A DNA stretch of 64,000 nt, taken from assembly GCA_964430885.1 (NCBI GenBank), contig CAYSHM010000003.1, positions 182,361 through 246,360 of the forward strand. The letters are read 5' to 3'. A program made the translations under genes and the position numbers. Shown here one piece after another: positions 26,150-36,173 of this stretch. Each line of letters starts with the position of its first letter. Positions within the stretch are counted from its first letter, which is position 1. The notes below the pieces were generated by a model that saw only the letters and a program-made list of their open reading frames with translations, was not told the DNA's origin and ran no database searches. Origin of the DNA: an uncultured archaeon. Lineage in GTDB: Archaea; Thermoplasmatota; Penumbrarchaeia; JASLWR01.

Positions 26150-28767
26150 TGTCCACCATCACAAGAAAGACCATTGATGCCTTTATTAGAAGAGGCATCG
26201 ATGAGGACATGGCCAGAAAGATCGTCAAGAAGGGATACAATCTCTCCAGGATAAAGAAAGCCAAAGACGAGGACCTTCTGGAAGATCTGGATACCGAAAT
26301 GGCTCTGGAGGTTGCACAGAAAGTTCTGGGCAAGAAACGCTACAAACGTTTCAAGAAGCTCTTCGAGGATAGGGCGCTGGAGATCCAGGAAGAAGAGGAG
26401 GCAGAGGAAGAAGAAGTGGAGAAGGAGGAGAAGAAGGTTGAAAAACCTTCAAAGGTGGCCATTGAGATCAAGGTTCCGAAAAGCGATTGCGTACTTGGCG
26501 TTGTTTTCACTATAACCCAGATAGCGGATGTTGAGGAGCTAAAAGAAATACTCAACGAAAAGGGTAAGGCCATATGGGCAAATAATTTCAAGATCAACCC
26601 TGCATCCTTCTCATTCCCCCTGGTCGGATATATTTTCAACAGCGATAAACGAAAAGGGGTCAACTTCAAGGTCACAATAAATGAAATATACTCCAAAGCC
26701 GTGGATGACAGAGGGCTCCTGATAGAAAAACAGCGAGAAGAGGAATTCCCGTCATATTTCCTGATAACCGACATAACTTCACTGCCTAAACCTGTGGAAA
26801 TCAATCAATTGGTATCACCAAAGGAAAAGGCCATTAGAAGCGCCAGAAACTATTCAAAGATACTTATCCACAACAGGGATTACCTGCCCATTGACAAACT
26901 TGATGTCAAGGACACGCTAGATAAAAAGAAGGATAGAAAGCCTCTGAAACAGCGTCTCAACATACTTTGGAGAGAGGACAACAAGCAGAAGGTCCTGGAT
27001 TATATTGATTTTTTGGAAAAGGTCAATTCCGAAGCCTATTGGGGCGTTGATTTCGGAATAAACCTGAAACGTTTTTCCTTCCCAATTAAGGGATATATCT
27101 CCGTTAACGGGGAGATCAATTATTCCGTTGAAATCGAAATTGCTGAGAAATACCCCCCTGAAACGGATGAATTTGATATGGAAACAATTCCTGAACCCTA
27201 CAGGGAAGACAAGGTTGACACCATGTTCCAGATCAAGAATCTCAGGGCCATGGACGAGGTTAAACAACTGGTTCATTTCAAGAATCCCAAGGGCAAGACT
27301 CCCAAGGCTATTAGGACCTATATTGCAGTGCTCGGAGAACCTGAAAAGGGTACAAAGATCAGTTCTGACAGGATAAATATAAGGACACCCAAGGCCAAGG
27401 AGGTCATTAAGAGGAAGGAGAGAATAAGGACGGTGGCCCTTCCCACCATCAAGAAGAAGATCGAGAAACTGGTCAAGGAGCATAAACTCAAACTGCCCGA
27501 GGGGGAGATCGAAAGGCTGGGCCTCAAATTCGGTAGGATCATTATCAGCGATGAGGATCTTTTAGAGAAATTAGATGCCTATAACCAGATGTACACTGTC
27601 AGAGGAGATCTGCTTGAAGCAATTCCCATAAAGGTAATGGACGACCTGGTGGAGAAAATCATCGAATATGAGCCCACTATCGATCAGTTAAAGGATATCT
27701 TAGGAGCCATAGAGGAGCAGTGGTTGGTAAAGAAGATGCACCCCTTCGAATCCTGCGGCATCGTATCAGCTCAATCAATAGGCGAACCGGGCACACAGAT
27801 GACAATGAGAACCTTCCATTACGCAGGTGTGGCAGAGATCAACGTTACCCTTGGTCTGCCACGGCTCATAGAGATCGTGGACGCCCGCCGAAAACCATCC
27901 ACGCCAACAATGGAGATCCATCTTACCGATGATATCAAGGAGGATAAGGCCAAGGTAAAGGATGTCATCAGACACATAGAGGCCACCTACCTTGAGGATG
28001 TTGCTGACCTGAACACAAATCTTACCAAGATGAATATCGAGATACAGCCCAACATGGATAAGATGAGGGACAAAGGTATTGTTGCCGATGATATCAAAGA
28101 AAAGATATTGAAGGGAAGGATAAAGGGCATAGCCCGTACAAAGACAAATTTGGCTATTGAGGAGGGTAAGGGCGGAAACCTGATCCTCACCTCGGACCAG
28201 ATATCATATAAACATTTACAGAGCCTGCTTGAGGGTATAAGATCGCTCATGCTCAGAGGTATAGAAGGCATTGAGAGATGTATCGTCAAGAGGGAGAAGG
28301 GCGAAGGATATGTGGTTCACACAGTGGGCTCAAATCTGCAGAAGGTGCTTGAGGTTGAAGGTGTTGATATTACCCGAACCTCCACTAATAACATGAGGGA
28401 GATATACGAGGTATTGGGCGTAGAGGCCGCCCGGAACTCCATTGTCAAAGAAGCGAATAATACACTAAGCGAACAGGGCCTCATTGTGGATATCAGGCAT
28501 ATAATGCTAGTTGCAGACATAATGACCCAATCAGGTACAATAAGACCCATAGGCAGGCATGGAATATCAGGGAAAAAATCCAGTGTACTTGCTAGGGCTG
28601 CTTTCGAAATAACAACACAGACACTGCTCATGGCATCCGTGAAAGGTGAAGTGGACACGCTGGACGGTATAGCCGAGAACATCATTGTCGGCCAGACCGT
28701 ATCCACAGGTACTGGAAAAGTTGAGCTGGGCTTTAAACCAGTGGAGATTGATAACGAGGTGATATAG
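26149..28767 (+). CDS. rpoA2: DNA-directed RNA polymerase subunit A'' (Rpo1C) with very large N-terminal extension
   Basis: [20 protein letters not shown] begins only at aa ~541; [29 protein letters not shown]. Confidence 0.96.
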   Translation: MSTITRKTIDAFIRRGIDEDMARKIVKKGYNLSRIKKAKDEDLLEDLDTEMALEVAQKVLGKKRYKRFKKLFEDRALEIQEEEEAEEEEVEKEEKKVEKPSKVAIEIKVPKSDCVLGVVFTITQIADVEELKEILNEKGKAIWANNFKINPASFSFPLVGYIFNSDKRKGVNFKVTINEIYSKAVDDRGLLIEKQREEEFPSYFLITDITSLPKPVEINQLVSPKEKAIRSARNYSKILIHNRDYLPIDKLDVKDTLDKKKDRKPLKQRLNILWREDNKQKVLDYIDFLEKVNSEAYWGVDFGINLKRFSFPIKGYISVNGEINYSVEIEIAEKYPPETDEFDMETIPEPYREDKVDTMFQIKNLRAMDEVKQLVHFKNPKGKTPKAIRTYIAVLGEPEKGTKISSDRINIRTPKAKEVIKRKERIRTVALPTIKKKIEKLVKEHKLKLPEGEIERLGLKFGRIIISDEDLLEKLDAYNQMYTVRGDLLEAIPIKVMDDLVEKIIEYEPTIDQLKDILGAIEEQWLVKKMHPFESCGIVSAQSIGEPGTQMTMRTFHYAGVAEINVTLGLPRLIEIVDARRKPSTPTMEIHLTDDIKEDKAKVKDVIRHIEATYLEDVADLNTNLTKMNIEIQPNMDKMRDKGIVADDIKEKILKGRIKGIARTKTNLAIEEGKGGNLILTSDQISYKHLQSLLEGIRSLMLRGIEGIERCIVKREKGEGYVVHTVGSNLQKVLEVEGVDITRTSTNNMREIYEVLGVEAARNSIVKEANNTLSEQGLIVDIRHIMLVADIMTQSGTIRPIGRHGISGKKSSVLARAAFEITTQTLLMASVKGEVDTLDGIAENIIVGQTVSTGTGKVELGFKPVEIDNEVI

Positions 28768-28768
28768 G

Positions 28769-29056
28769 ATGGATATACGACGAAATCTACGTCTGGTCGT
28801 ATCGACCGGAAAGGTGCATCTTGGCACTCGTCAGGCGGAGAAGGCACTCAAGAATAAGAAGTGCAAGCTGATAATACATGCGAGTAACTTATCCGATGAA
28901 CAGATAGAGCTTTTCAAGAAATACGAGAAAACACCAAAGTACGGATTCCAGGGCGATAATTTTGAACTCGGAGCGGCATGCGGGAAACCATTCCCCATTT
29001 CCATGCTGACAATTATCGAGCCAGGAGAATCCGACATCCTTGCTCTTGTTAAGTAG
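28769..29056 (+). CDS. rpl30e: 50S ribosomal protein L30e
   Basis: TGKVHLG, ELGAACGKPF, PGESDIL; canonical position after rpoA2. Confidence 0.95.
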   Translation: MDIRRNLRLVVSTGKVHLGTRQAEKALKNKKCKLIIHASNLSDEQIELFKKYEKTPKYGFQGDNFELGAACGKPFPISMLTIIEPGESDILALVK

Positions 29057-29073
29057 TCAATCAAGTCTGACGC

Positions 29074-29107
29074 GGGCCGGCCTTGACGCAGGCCCTTTTA
29101 TTTATTC
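29074..29107 (+). terminator. Putative terminator of the rpo operon
   Basis: GGGCC...GGCCC stem (29074-29095) followed by TTTTATTTATT. Confidence 0.55.
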
Positions 29108-29165
29108 TACCCAAGATCCACCTATTCATTTTTTATTAGGATTCTGAACATTCAGGTGAGAGCCT

Positions 29166-29942
29166 ATGCTGAAATTTCGCAATTATAATTCGCCTCCGTA
29201 TTCGGTCATACTTCTTCATGGGGGACCCGGAGCCCCGGGGGAAATGAAGGGAGTTTCCGAAGGCTTGGGAAGCAACATTGGGATTCTCGAACCTATGCAG
29301 AGTGCCGATACTGTTACCGGTCAGGTCAATGAACTGAAAGATATTCTTATGGAAAATGGCGATCCACCTTTAACTATTGCAGGTTTCTCCTGGGGTGCTT
29401 GGCTTGGAATAATATTTACAGCGGAAAACCCAGATATGGTGAAAAAATTGATACTCATAGGATGCGGCCCTCTTGAACAGAAATACACCTCTAACATCAT
29501 GAAGACACGCTTGAGGAGATTATCGAAGGATGAAAGGATTGAATTGAAAACGCTGATGAGCTCATTTGATCTCATTTCGGATAATTCCGAATTCAGACGT
29601 TTCGGAGAGCTAATGAAAAAAGCCGACATAATCGATCCTATTGAATATGAGGATGAGATATTGGAATTTCAGCCGGACATCAACAGAAAGGTATGGAGCG
29701 AAGCTGAAATCCTAAGAAGAGGGGGGAATTTAATTGAATTATTAACAGATATTAAATGTCCAATAACTGTTATACACGGCAGGGAGGACCATCATCCATT
29801 CAATGGTGTAAAAGAACCATTGTCAAAGGCGAAAATTTACGCGAAATTTCACTTACTGGACAATTGCGGACACTATCCTTGGCTTGAAAGAAACGGAAGT
29901 GAGAGGTTCTTTGAAGTGCTAGAAGATGAATTAAAATTCTAA
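29166..29942 (+). CDS. Alpha/beta fold hydrolase
   Basis: LLHGGPG, GFSWGA nucleophile elbow, HGREDHHP, CGHYPW. Confidence 0.9.
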   Translation: MLKFRNYNSPPYSVILLHGGPGAPGEMKGVSEGLGSNIGILEPMQSADTVTGQVNELKDILMENGDPPLTIAGFSWGAWLGIIFTAENPDMVKKLILIGCGPLEQKYTSNIMKTRLRRLSKDERIELKTLMSSFDLISDNSEFRRFGELMKKADIIDPIEYEDEILEFQPDINRKVWSEAEILRRGGNLIELLTDIKCPITVIHGREDHHPFNGVKEPLSKAKIYAKFHLLDNCGHYPWLERNGSERFFEVLEDELKF

Positions 29943-30000
29943 TTAAAAAAATTCAATTAAATTTAATTAATTATATTTTAATTTAATTGATTTTTCAATT
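29941..30000. repeat. AT-rich imperfect palindrome
   Basis: TCAATTAAATT (29953-29963) / AATTTAATTGA (29980-29990) with partly complementary flanks. Confidence 0.6.
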
Positions 30001-30176
30001 ATTTATTGAAATAATTTTTAGCGATGCTAAATAAATGGAAAACTAAAATTTATCGTGATATTATACCTTTCATGAATAATAATTTGACAAGTGCTTAGGA
30101 ATATGTGAAATAGTAAAATTTCGGATTAATTATATGATCAACAATATCACATTATCTTTCCATAGGTGACAATCCC

Positions 30177-30662
30177 ATGTACTCCGAGAAGAGAAGGCCC
30201 GGTTTTTTCTGGGCGATATTCATTATAACTATATTGTTCCTAGGTTTTTACGGGTTCATGATCGGCCAGGCCCTAAGTTCCGAAGGTATAAGACCAGATA
30301 CTATCATTATGATAATAATCAACATCATCATAGGTCCCTTGCTGGTCTTCATAACATGGTCAACTAGTTCCTATATGGTGGAAATAGATTATAACTCCCT
30401 TACAATGGGCTATAACGGATGGAAGGTCAAACTTATGCATTCTGATATCATAGAGGCAAAGAAAGTAAAGATAATATGGATCAAGTGGGGCGGTATTGGA
30501 TGGCGTACAAGAGGAGCTAAACGGATCGGCTACATTACCGGCAGCGGTCCGGGGGTCAGGATAAAGACAAGGATCAAGGACAGGGAATACACATTCACCT
30601 GCCGAGACCCCGAGACTCTATTGGAGAAACTGTCCAGAGTGGGAGTGAAGGTGAATAAATAG
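30177..30662 (+). CDS. Hypothetical membrane protein (2 TM plus bacterial PH-like domain)
   Basis: Two TM helices followed by WGGIGWR...GPGVRI...CRDPETL pattern. Confidence 0.65.
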   Translation: MYSEKRRPGFFWAIFIITILFLGFYGFMIGQALSSEGIRPDTIIMIIINIIIGPLLVFITWSTSSYMVEIDYNSLTMGYNGWKVKLMHSDIIEAKKVKIIWIKWGGIGWRTRGAKRIGYITGSGPGVRIKTRIKDREYTFTCRDPETLLEKLSRVGVKVNK

Positions 30663-30781
30663 AGCCTAGGTCGGATATCCGGTCCCGGAGAGCTTGATTT
30701 CCGCATCATTCAGATCAATTTTCCTTCGATCTATATTATGCCTGTCCATTTATAATAATATCTTCACAATCCGCCATTCCA

Positions 30782-32542
30782 ATGTTCTCAAAGTCCGTGA
30801 GTAATACCGTCAGATCCAAAAAAGGTGAACCTGCCAACGACCCCCTGGGACGAACAATAGAACAGCTTTTAAAAGGCAGTTCCTACAGGACCTGCGGCAG
30901 GATCAATGTTCTCCACCTCAGGGGTGACGATTACCAGATGGGCTACCAGCACGGCCATTACCTTAAAAAACAGTGCCAGGATGGAGCCCCAGAATACTTC
31001 AGGGGCCTCCTCAAGCACATAATAGAGAACAGCGACCTTCAGCGGTATCCCGGGTTCATATCCTCACTTGCCTATAAGTACCTGGAAGGGATGAAGCTCA
31101 AGGGTTTCTCTAAGAGACTATCAAAATCCACGAAGCAGGAATTCAGTGGTCTGTGTGATGCTTCAGGTATGCCCTACGAGAAGATGAAGATGTCCGCTGC
31201 CATTGTGGACCTTACGGGATATCTCATGAAGATCACCCAGGGAAAACAGAGGCTCTACGGGGCAAACATCAACTTGCCGGCCATGGGGTGCTCCACATTC
31301 GCCGCATGGGGTGATGCTACAAAGGACGGCAGTATGATCATCGGTAGGAACATGGATTTTATCGGGATCGGCTTCTGGGATAAATCCCCCACACTTCTGT
31401 ACTATCATCCCCGGAACGGATACGATTTCGTGACCCTGACCTCGGCAGGCATACCTGGCGGATTTCTCAACAGCATGAATGAGAAGGGATTAGTTATCAC
31501 AGCCCACCAGAACTACACCGCTGAACTGAATCTCAAGAACCGTCCCTTCCTGGAATTGGGGAATGAGTTAATCCGGAATGCATCTACCATAGATGAAGCG
31601 GTGAAAATAGCAGAGAGGAACCTGCCCATCGGAGGATGGACCTACCTGGTGGCAAGCCGAAAAGAAAAGAAAGCTGTGGTATTGGAGATATCCGGCAAAC
31701 AGGTGATCACAAGAGAGGCCAAGAAAGATTTCATTCACGCAACAAACAGCTACCAGACCACCGAGCAGAAGGTGAACGAGATACTAATGGGAGAGGGAGT
31801 TGCCTGGAACTCATCAGCCAGGTATGTGCAGATGAAAGAGCTTCTGATGGAATACTATGGGAAAATAACTCCCGGTCGGGCAGCCAAGATAATGGGGGAT
31901 CATTTCGATCCCTATGTGAAGAAAAAAAGACCCCTAGGTGACATACTGGTTCAGATGGTCAATCTCACAAGCGCAGTGTTCCAGCCTGAAAAAGGAAGAA
32001 TATGGATGGCAGAGGGGGAAGCTCCTGCTGCAAACTCCCTTTACAGGGGATTCAATATGAAGGGGAAAGAAATTCAAACCCTCAAACCCAACGATTACAC
32101 CTATACCAAGCATTTCAAGGCCGTGCCTCATGTTGTAAAGGCCTGCCTTTTCAATTACCGGAAGGATATTGAGAATGCGAAAAAGGAATTGAAAAAAGCC
32201 TTGAAATTCGCTCCCAACGAAGCGGTCATCAATCGGACCCTGGCATTGGTTCATTTGGGTGAAGGAAATTACGAAGAAGCATATGAACTGCTCAAAAAAC
32301 TCCTGAAAATAAAGCAATCGCCATACAAATTTGCATTGAGCCGAATCTGGTTTGCACGCTGTCTGGACCTAATGGGTAAACGTAAAGAAGCAAAAGAGAG
32401 CTACAGCCACATCTCAGAAGAGACCCGCAATTCTGATATTCTCAGGAACGCGGCCAGGAAAGGACTTAAGAAAATGTTCACGCAGAATGACCAAAAGGTG
32501 ATGAAGGTAGAGTTCTGGATCGGGGAAAGTATGGCCTTGTAG
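30782..32542 (+). CDS. Peptidase C45 family (Ntn hydrolase) with C-terminal TPR repeats
   Basis: YQMGYQHG, G|CSTFAAWG, GRNMDF, MNEKGL, HATN; helical TPR-like tail. Confidence 0.85.
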   Translation: MFSKSVSNTVRSKKGEPANDPLGRTIEQLLKGSSYRTCGRINVLHLRGDDYQMGYQHGHYLKKQCQDGAPEYFRGLLKHIIENSDLQRYPGFISSLAYKYLEGMKLKGFSKRLSKSTKQEFSGLCDASGMPYEKMKMSAAIVDLTGYLMKITQGKQRLYGANINLPAMGCSTFAAWGDATKDGSMIIGRNMDFIGIGFWDKSPTLLYYHPRNGYDFVTLTSAGIPGGFLNSMNEKGLVITAHQNYTAELNLKNRPFLELGNELIRNASTIDEAVKIAERNLPIGGWTYLVASRKEKKAVVLEISGKQVITREAKKDFIHATNSYQTTEQKVNEILMGEGVAWNSSARYVQMKELLMEYYGKITPGRAAKIMGDHFDPYVKKKRPLGDILVQMVNLTSAVFQPEKGRIWMAEGEAPAANSLYRGFNMKGKEIQTLKPNDYTYTKHFKAVPHVVKACLFNYRKDIENAKKELKKALKFAPNEAVINRTLALVHLGEGNYEEAYELLKKLLKIKQSPYKFALSRIWFARCLDLMGKRKEAKESYSHISEETRNSDILRNAARKGLKKMFTQNDQKVMKVEFWIGESMAL

Positions 32543-32545
32543 ATC

Positions 32546-34951
32546 TTATATGCCCTTTCTTCTCCGGAGCTCCTCGTTGAGCTCAATAATCATCTCATCC
32601 TTGGTCACGTAACTGGAGTATGCAGCTATACCTGCAAAGACCAGTACAAGGATTATTAGCATGATCAGGGCTATCATTGTCAAGGTTGAGAAACCCTTTG
32701 AACCGTCATTATCTGTATCCAGAACTGTGTCCCCAGCATCATCATCCTCCCATTTATCCGGGTCCCGGGGGTAAAGGTCCTCCCTATCAGGATAACCGTC
32801 GCCATCCATATCCTCATCCAGGGAATCAGGTATCCCATCCCTATCGATATCAGACGGGACCGAAGCATTGTTCAGGGGATCACTGCCCACTGAACGTTCC
32901 ATGAGATTATCCCAGCCGTCACCGTCAGCATCGTTATCATAATAATCCAACACACCATCCCAATCCATGTCATGAGGCCACGAGGAAGCGTTCAAGGGAT
33001 CAGATCCGGTTATATTCTCTATGCTGTTGTTCCAGCCATCGCCGTCGGCGTCCATATCAAGTATATCCGGAATCCAATCTCCATCTATATCACTGGGATA
33101 TGACTCAGAATCCATTTGGTTAGACCCTGATATTATCTCAAGGTCATTGTCCCAGCCGTCGCCGTCTGTATCATCATCCAGTTTATCCGGTATTAGGTCA
33201 CCATCCAGATCCGAAGGTACTGATAGCGGGTCCCAGGGATCTGTATCGCAGGATATCTCCATGCTGTTGTTCCATCCGTCGCCGTCAACATCGCCGTCCA
33301 TGGTATCAGGTATGCCGTCACCATCAGTGTCCGTAGGCGTATCGGTGCTGTCTTGCGGATCAGAGCCGCATTCAATCTCATACATGTCCGACCAATCGTC
33401 ACCGTCTGTATCATTATTGCCTGGATCAGTGCTAGAATTGTATTCGCCTGCATTGTCAAGACCATCCTGGTCATTATCCAGGCCCGCATCGCTTGCATCA
33501 ACTGGGTTCAGCCCGTGCTCGATCTCCCATAGGTCCGGTATCTGGTCATTATCGGTATCGGGTGAATTTGGGTCGGTGTTGTAGATCCTAACTTCCTCAT
33601 AATCGGTCAGACCGTCAGCGTCGGTATCGTTCAGATGGGGGTCGGTATTGTAAATAAATATCTCCTGGTGATCGGTTAGACCGTCTGAATCAGTATCGTT
33701 CATCAGGGGATCAGTATTGAACTGGAATATCTCCATATGATCGGATATACCGTCGTTATCAGTATCGTTCGTCAGAGGATTGGTGTGATACTGGATCACT
33801 TCTTCAATATCGGAAATTCCGTCATCATCGGTATCCTCGCTCAAAGGATTGGTACCATGGTCCTTCACCTCTTCACCGTCCAGAAGAGCGTCATCATCAG
33901 AATCGTCATTCCATGGATCGGTCCCGTGTATGAACTCCTCTATGTTCATTAGACCATCGCTGTCAGCATCTGCGTAATTATCGGACGGGTCCGAAGGGTT
34001 CAATCCAAAGCTGTTCTCCCAAACATCAGGCTGACCGTCCCAATCGGAATCGTCCTCAGGGGTTAGGGCCAGATTCTCGAACCATACCTGATCAAACTGG
34101 TCAAGTGCCTGGGACGGATCCATTAAGGGGTAGCGGTCTACACCATGCCAGGGAAGATCGGTTTCACCGATGCCGTCTGAATCGACATCTGAACCTTCAT
34201 AATCCGACCAGTAATTTCCTCTGTTCAGGGAATCGTTCCACATGCCACCGGAATATTGGATCAGATCGTTCTGGAAGACGCAGTTCAGAAAGTTATTTGA
34301 ATGAACGAAAGTTTCCCCGTTAGTGTATACTCTCAATGGATCATCACAGTTGAAGAAATTGCAGTCAATTACAGTATTGTTCCTGGAACTCTCCATCATA
34401 ATATTCAATCCGGGATCCTCGTCTATAAAAATTCCTCGGCATTGATAGAAATTGCATCCCTGGAACAGGGAATTAGGGGAACTGAGCCGGTATATTAATC
34501 CTGTCCGGTAAAAATCACAGTTGATAAAACTGAATTCTCCGCTATATTCTGCATAAAAGGTTTCCGTGGAATTATCAATGCAGTAGAACAGAATTCGACT
34601 CTGCTGATGACCATTAGCGACCAATGAATTGTCTCTTATTGGATATTGATCTATACTTATCTTGGCTCCAGGGTAGAAGATCACTGTGGATCCAGGCGCG
34701 ATCTGCAGAGACGAACCATTCCGGATGGTAATTTCATCTATTACATAATAAGGACTTCCGGCCTGAGTCCAGGTAGTATCGGATGTAATGTCCTGAAATA
34801 TAATTGTGCCGGATTCCAGGTTCCTTCCGCTCTCGGTTCTGCTGTTTTCAGCTGATGTTCCTGCAGTTAGGGCAAGAAGAACGGACATGATGAATAATGA
34901 AATGGAAACGAGATATGCTCCGGATCTTCTCTTATAATCATCCCTATTCAT
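32546..34951 (-). CDS. Cell-surface protein: short beta-helix domain plus Ca-binding TSP3-like DxDxDG repeats and C-terminal TM anchor
   Basis: Signal peptide, WTQAGSPY, GNYWSDY, many DTDxDG..D..E.....T[DN]P repeats, TM followed by basic tail. Confidence 0.85.
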   Translation of the reverse strand: MNRDDYKRRSGAYLVSISLFIMSVLLALTAGTSAENSRTESGRNLESGTIIFQDITSDTTWTQAGSPYYVIDEITIRNGSSLQIAPGSTVIFYPGAKISIDQYPIRDNSLVANGHQQSRILFYCIDNSTETFYAEYSGEFSFINCDFYRTGLIYRLSSPNSLFQGCNFYQCRGIFIDEDPGLNIMMESSRNNTVIDCNFFNCDDPLRVYTNGETFVHSNNFLNCVFQNDLIQYSGGMWNDSLNRGNYWSDYEGSDVDSDGIGETDLPWHGVDRYPLMDPSQALDQFDQVWFENLALTPEDDSDWDGQPDVWENSFGLNPSDPSDNYADADSDGLMNIEEFIHGTDPWNDDSDDDALLDGEEVKDHGTNPLSEDTDDDGISDIEEVIQYHTNPLTNDTDNDGISDHMEIFQFNTDPLMNDTDSDGLTDHQEIFIYNTDPHLNDTDADGLTDYEEVRIYNTDPNSPDTDNDQIPDLWEIEHGLNPVDASDAGLDNDQDGLDNAGEYNSSTDPGNNDTDGDDWSDMYEIECGSDPQDSTDTPTDTDGDGIPDTMDGDVDGDGWNNSMEISCDTDPWDPLSVPSDLDGDLIPDKLDDDTDGDGWDNDLEIISGSNQMDSESYPSDIDGDWIPDILDMDADGDGWNNSIENITGSDPLNASSWPHDMDWDGVLDYYDNDADGDGWDNLMERSVGSDPLNNASVPSDIDRDGIPDSLDEDMDGDGYPDREDLYPRDPDKWEDDDAGDTVLDTDNDGSKGFSTLTMIALIMLIILVLVFAGIAAYSSYVTKDEMIIELNEELRRRKGI

Positions 34952-35096
34952 ATAACGGCACCACGGACTGCAATACAGCTATCATGAAAATATAGAAAAG
35001 TAATCATATATAAATTTTTTAGAACAATGGTCGAACTGTTCTTTATATTTCACACTTTGCTAGTGGTAATATTGATAAAATATCATTTTTTGAGGT

Positions 35097-36173
35097 TCAT
35101 CGGCAGAGACTCAATCCCAATTCCAAAGCCCATTCCCTAGCGGTTCCGATCTCCTCGGAAGTAGGATATCTGTTTATCTCATGAAATTCTCCTGCGCAAT
35201 ATTCAGGTCGGTATTGGCCCATAACATTAACCCGCAGATTATCCTGGGACATTTTTCCGGATAGAAATTCAAGGGCAGGCCTGGTACAGCACTCTAAATG
35301 TCCAGGCATGACAAGATGCCGAACTAATAACCCGCACTGGTTCTGGGCCAATAGGTGATTTCGGGTCACTACAGTCCAATATCCCTTTATTCCTGAGAGG
35401 CGTTCCCCGCACTTGTTATTCCCGTATTTCAGATCGGTAAGATAAAGGTCCACTACCCCTTCCAGTAATTTCATGGAATCCACAGTGAGGTACATATTTG
35501 AATTCCATATTTGGGGAATGTTCTCCCGAAGCTGAGCCAATACATCGAGGACAAAGGGCAGGGCCGGAACCGGGTCCCCCCCTACCCAGTTTACATTTAC
35601 GCTGCGGTGAGCTTTTCCCGCTATCCTTTCTACAGTCCATTCGGCACTCCGCCTATTGCCTGAACCTGCATCCTGAGATATGTCCCAGTTCTGACAGAAG
35701 ACGCATTTAAAGCTGCATCCTGTGAAGAAAAAGGTATGTGAGGGTATAACCTCCGGCTCCTCACCAGTATGAATGAATTCGGAATAAATTCTCGGTGCAC
35801 TGCCCACGCCGCAGAATCCCTCGGTGCTGTGCCTGTTCACCCTGCATCTGTTCTCGCAGATCTCGCAATCATCAAGCATTCTACGGGCAATTTCTCGTTT
35901 TATATCAATGAGGGTGGATTGTTCATTGTTACTTTTTAAAAACTCACCATTTCTGAACCTCACCACCGCTTCATCATGGTGCCGGTTCAATTCATTCAGA
36001 CCCAGGGATTCTGGATCAGATATATCCACTGGAACCTGACTGCATAGTAGAAAATTCGCTTCGGTACTGCCCTCTCGGATGCTGAAATAGCGGGAAAGTA
36101 TTCTTCTTGCCTCAAAAAGCTCCTCGTGGTATACTCTACCCGATAACAGCTTGAGAATGGACATGAAAACCAC
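35097..36173 (-). CDS. Radical SAM protein, PflX-like
   Basis: CEICENRCRVNR, GCSFKCVFCQNWDISQ, VRHLVMPGH, MGQYRP. Confidence 0.88.
   Translation of the reverse strand: MVFMSILKLLSGRVYHEELFEARRILSRYFSIREGSTEANFLLCSQVPVDISDPESLGLNELNRHHDEAVVRFRNGEFLKSNNEQSTLIDIKREIARRMLDDCEICENRCRVNRHSTEGFCGVGSAPRIYSEFIHTGEEPEVIPSHTFFFTGCSFKCVFCQNWDISQDAGSGNRRSAEWTVERIAGKAHRSVNVNWVGGDPVPALPFVLDVLAQLRENIPQIWNSNMYLTVDSMKLLEGVVDLYLTDLKYGNNKCGERLSGIKGYWTVVTRNHLLAQNQCGLLVRHLVMPGHLECCTRPALEFLSGKMSQDNLRVNVMGQYRPEYCAGEFHEINRYPTSEEIGTAREWALELGLSLCR

Noticed and set aside
26488-27336. Possible intein in RpoA'' (likewise the RpoB insert)
   Set aside because: No N-terminal Cys/Ser block, no His-Asn|C/S/T junction and no LAGLIDADG motifs; the insert lies outside conserved motifs.
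32750-34055. Repetitive DNA that might be a CRISPR array or DGR template
   Set aside because: The repeats are degenerate, in-frame coding DxDxDG units; there is no constant repeat/spacer pattern and no RT gene.
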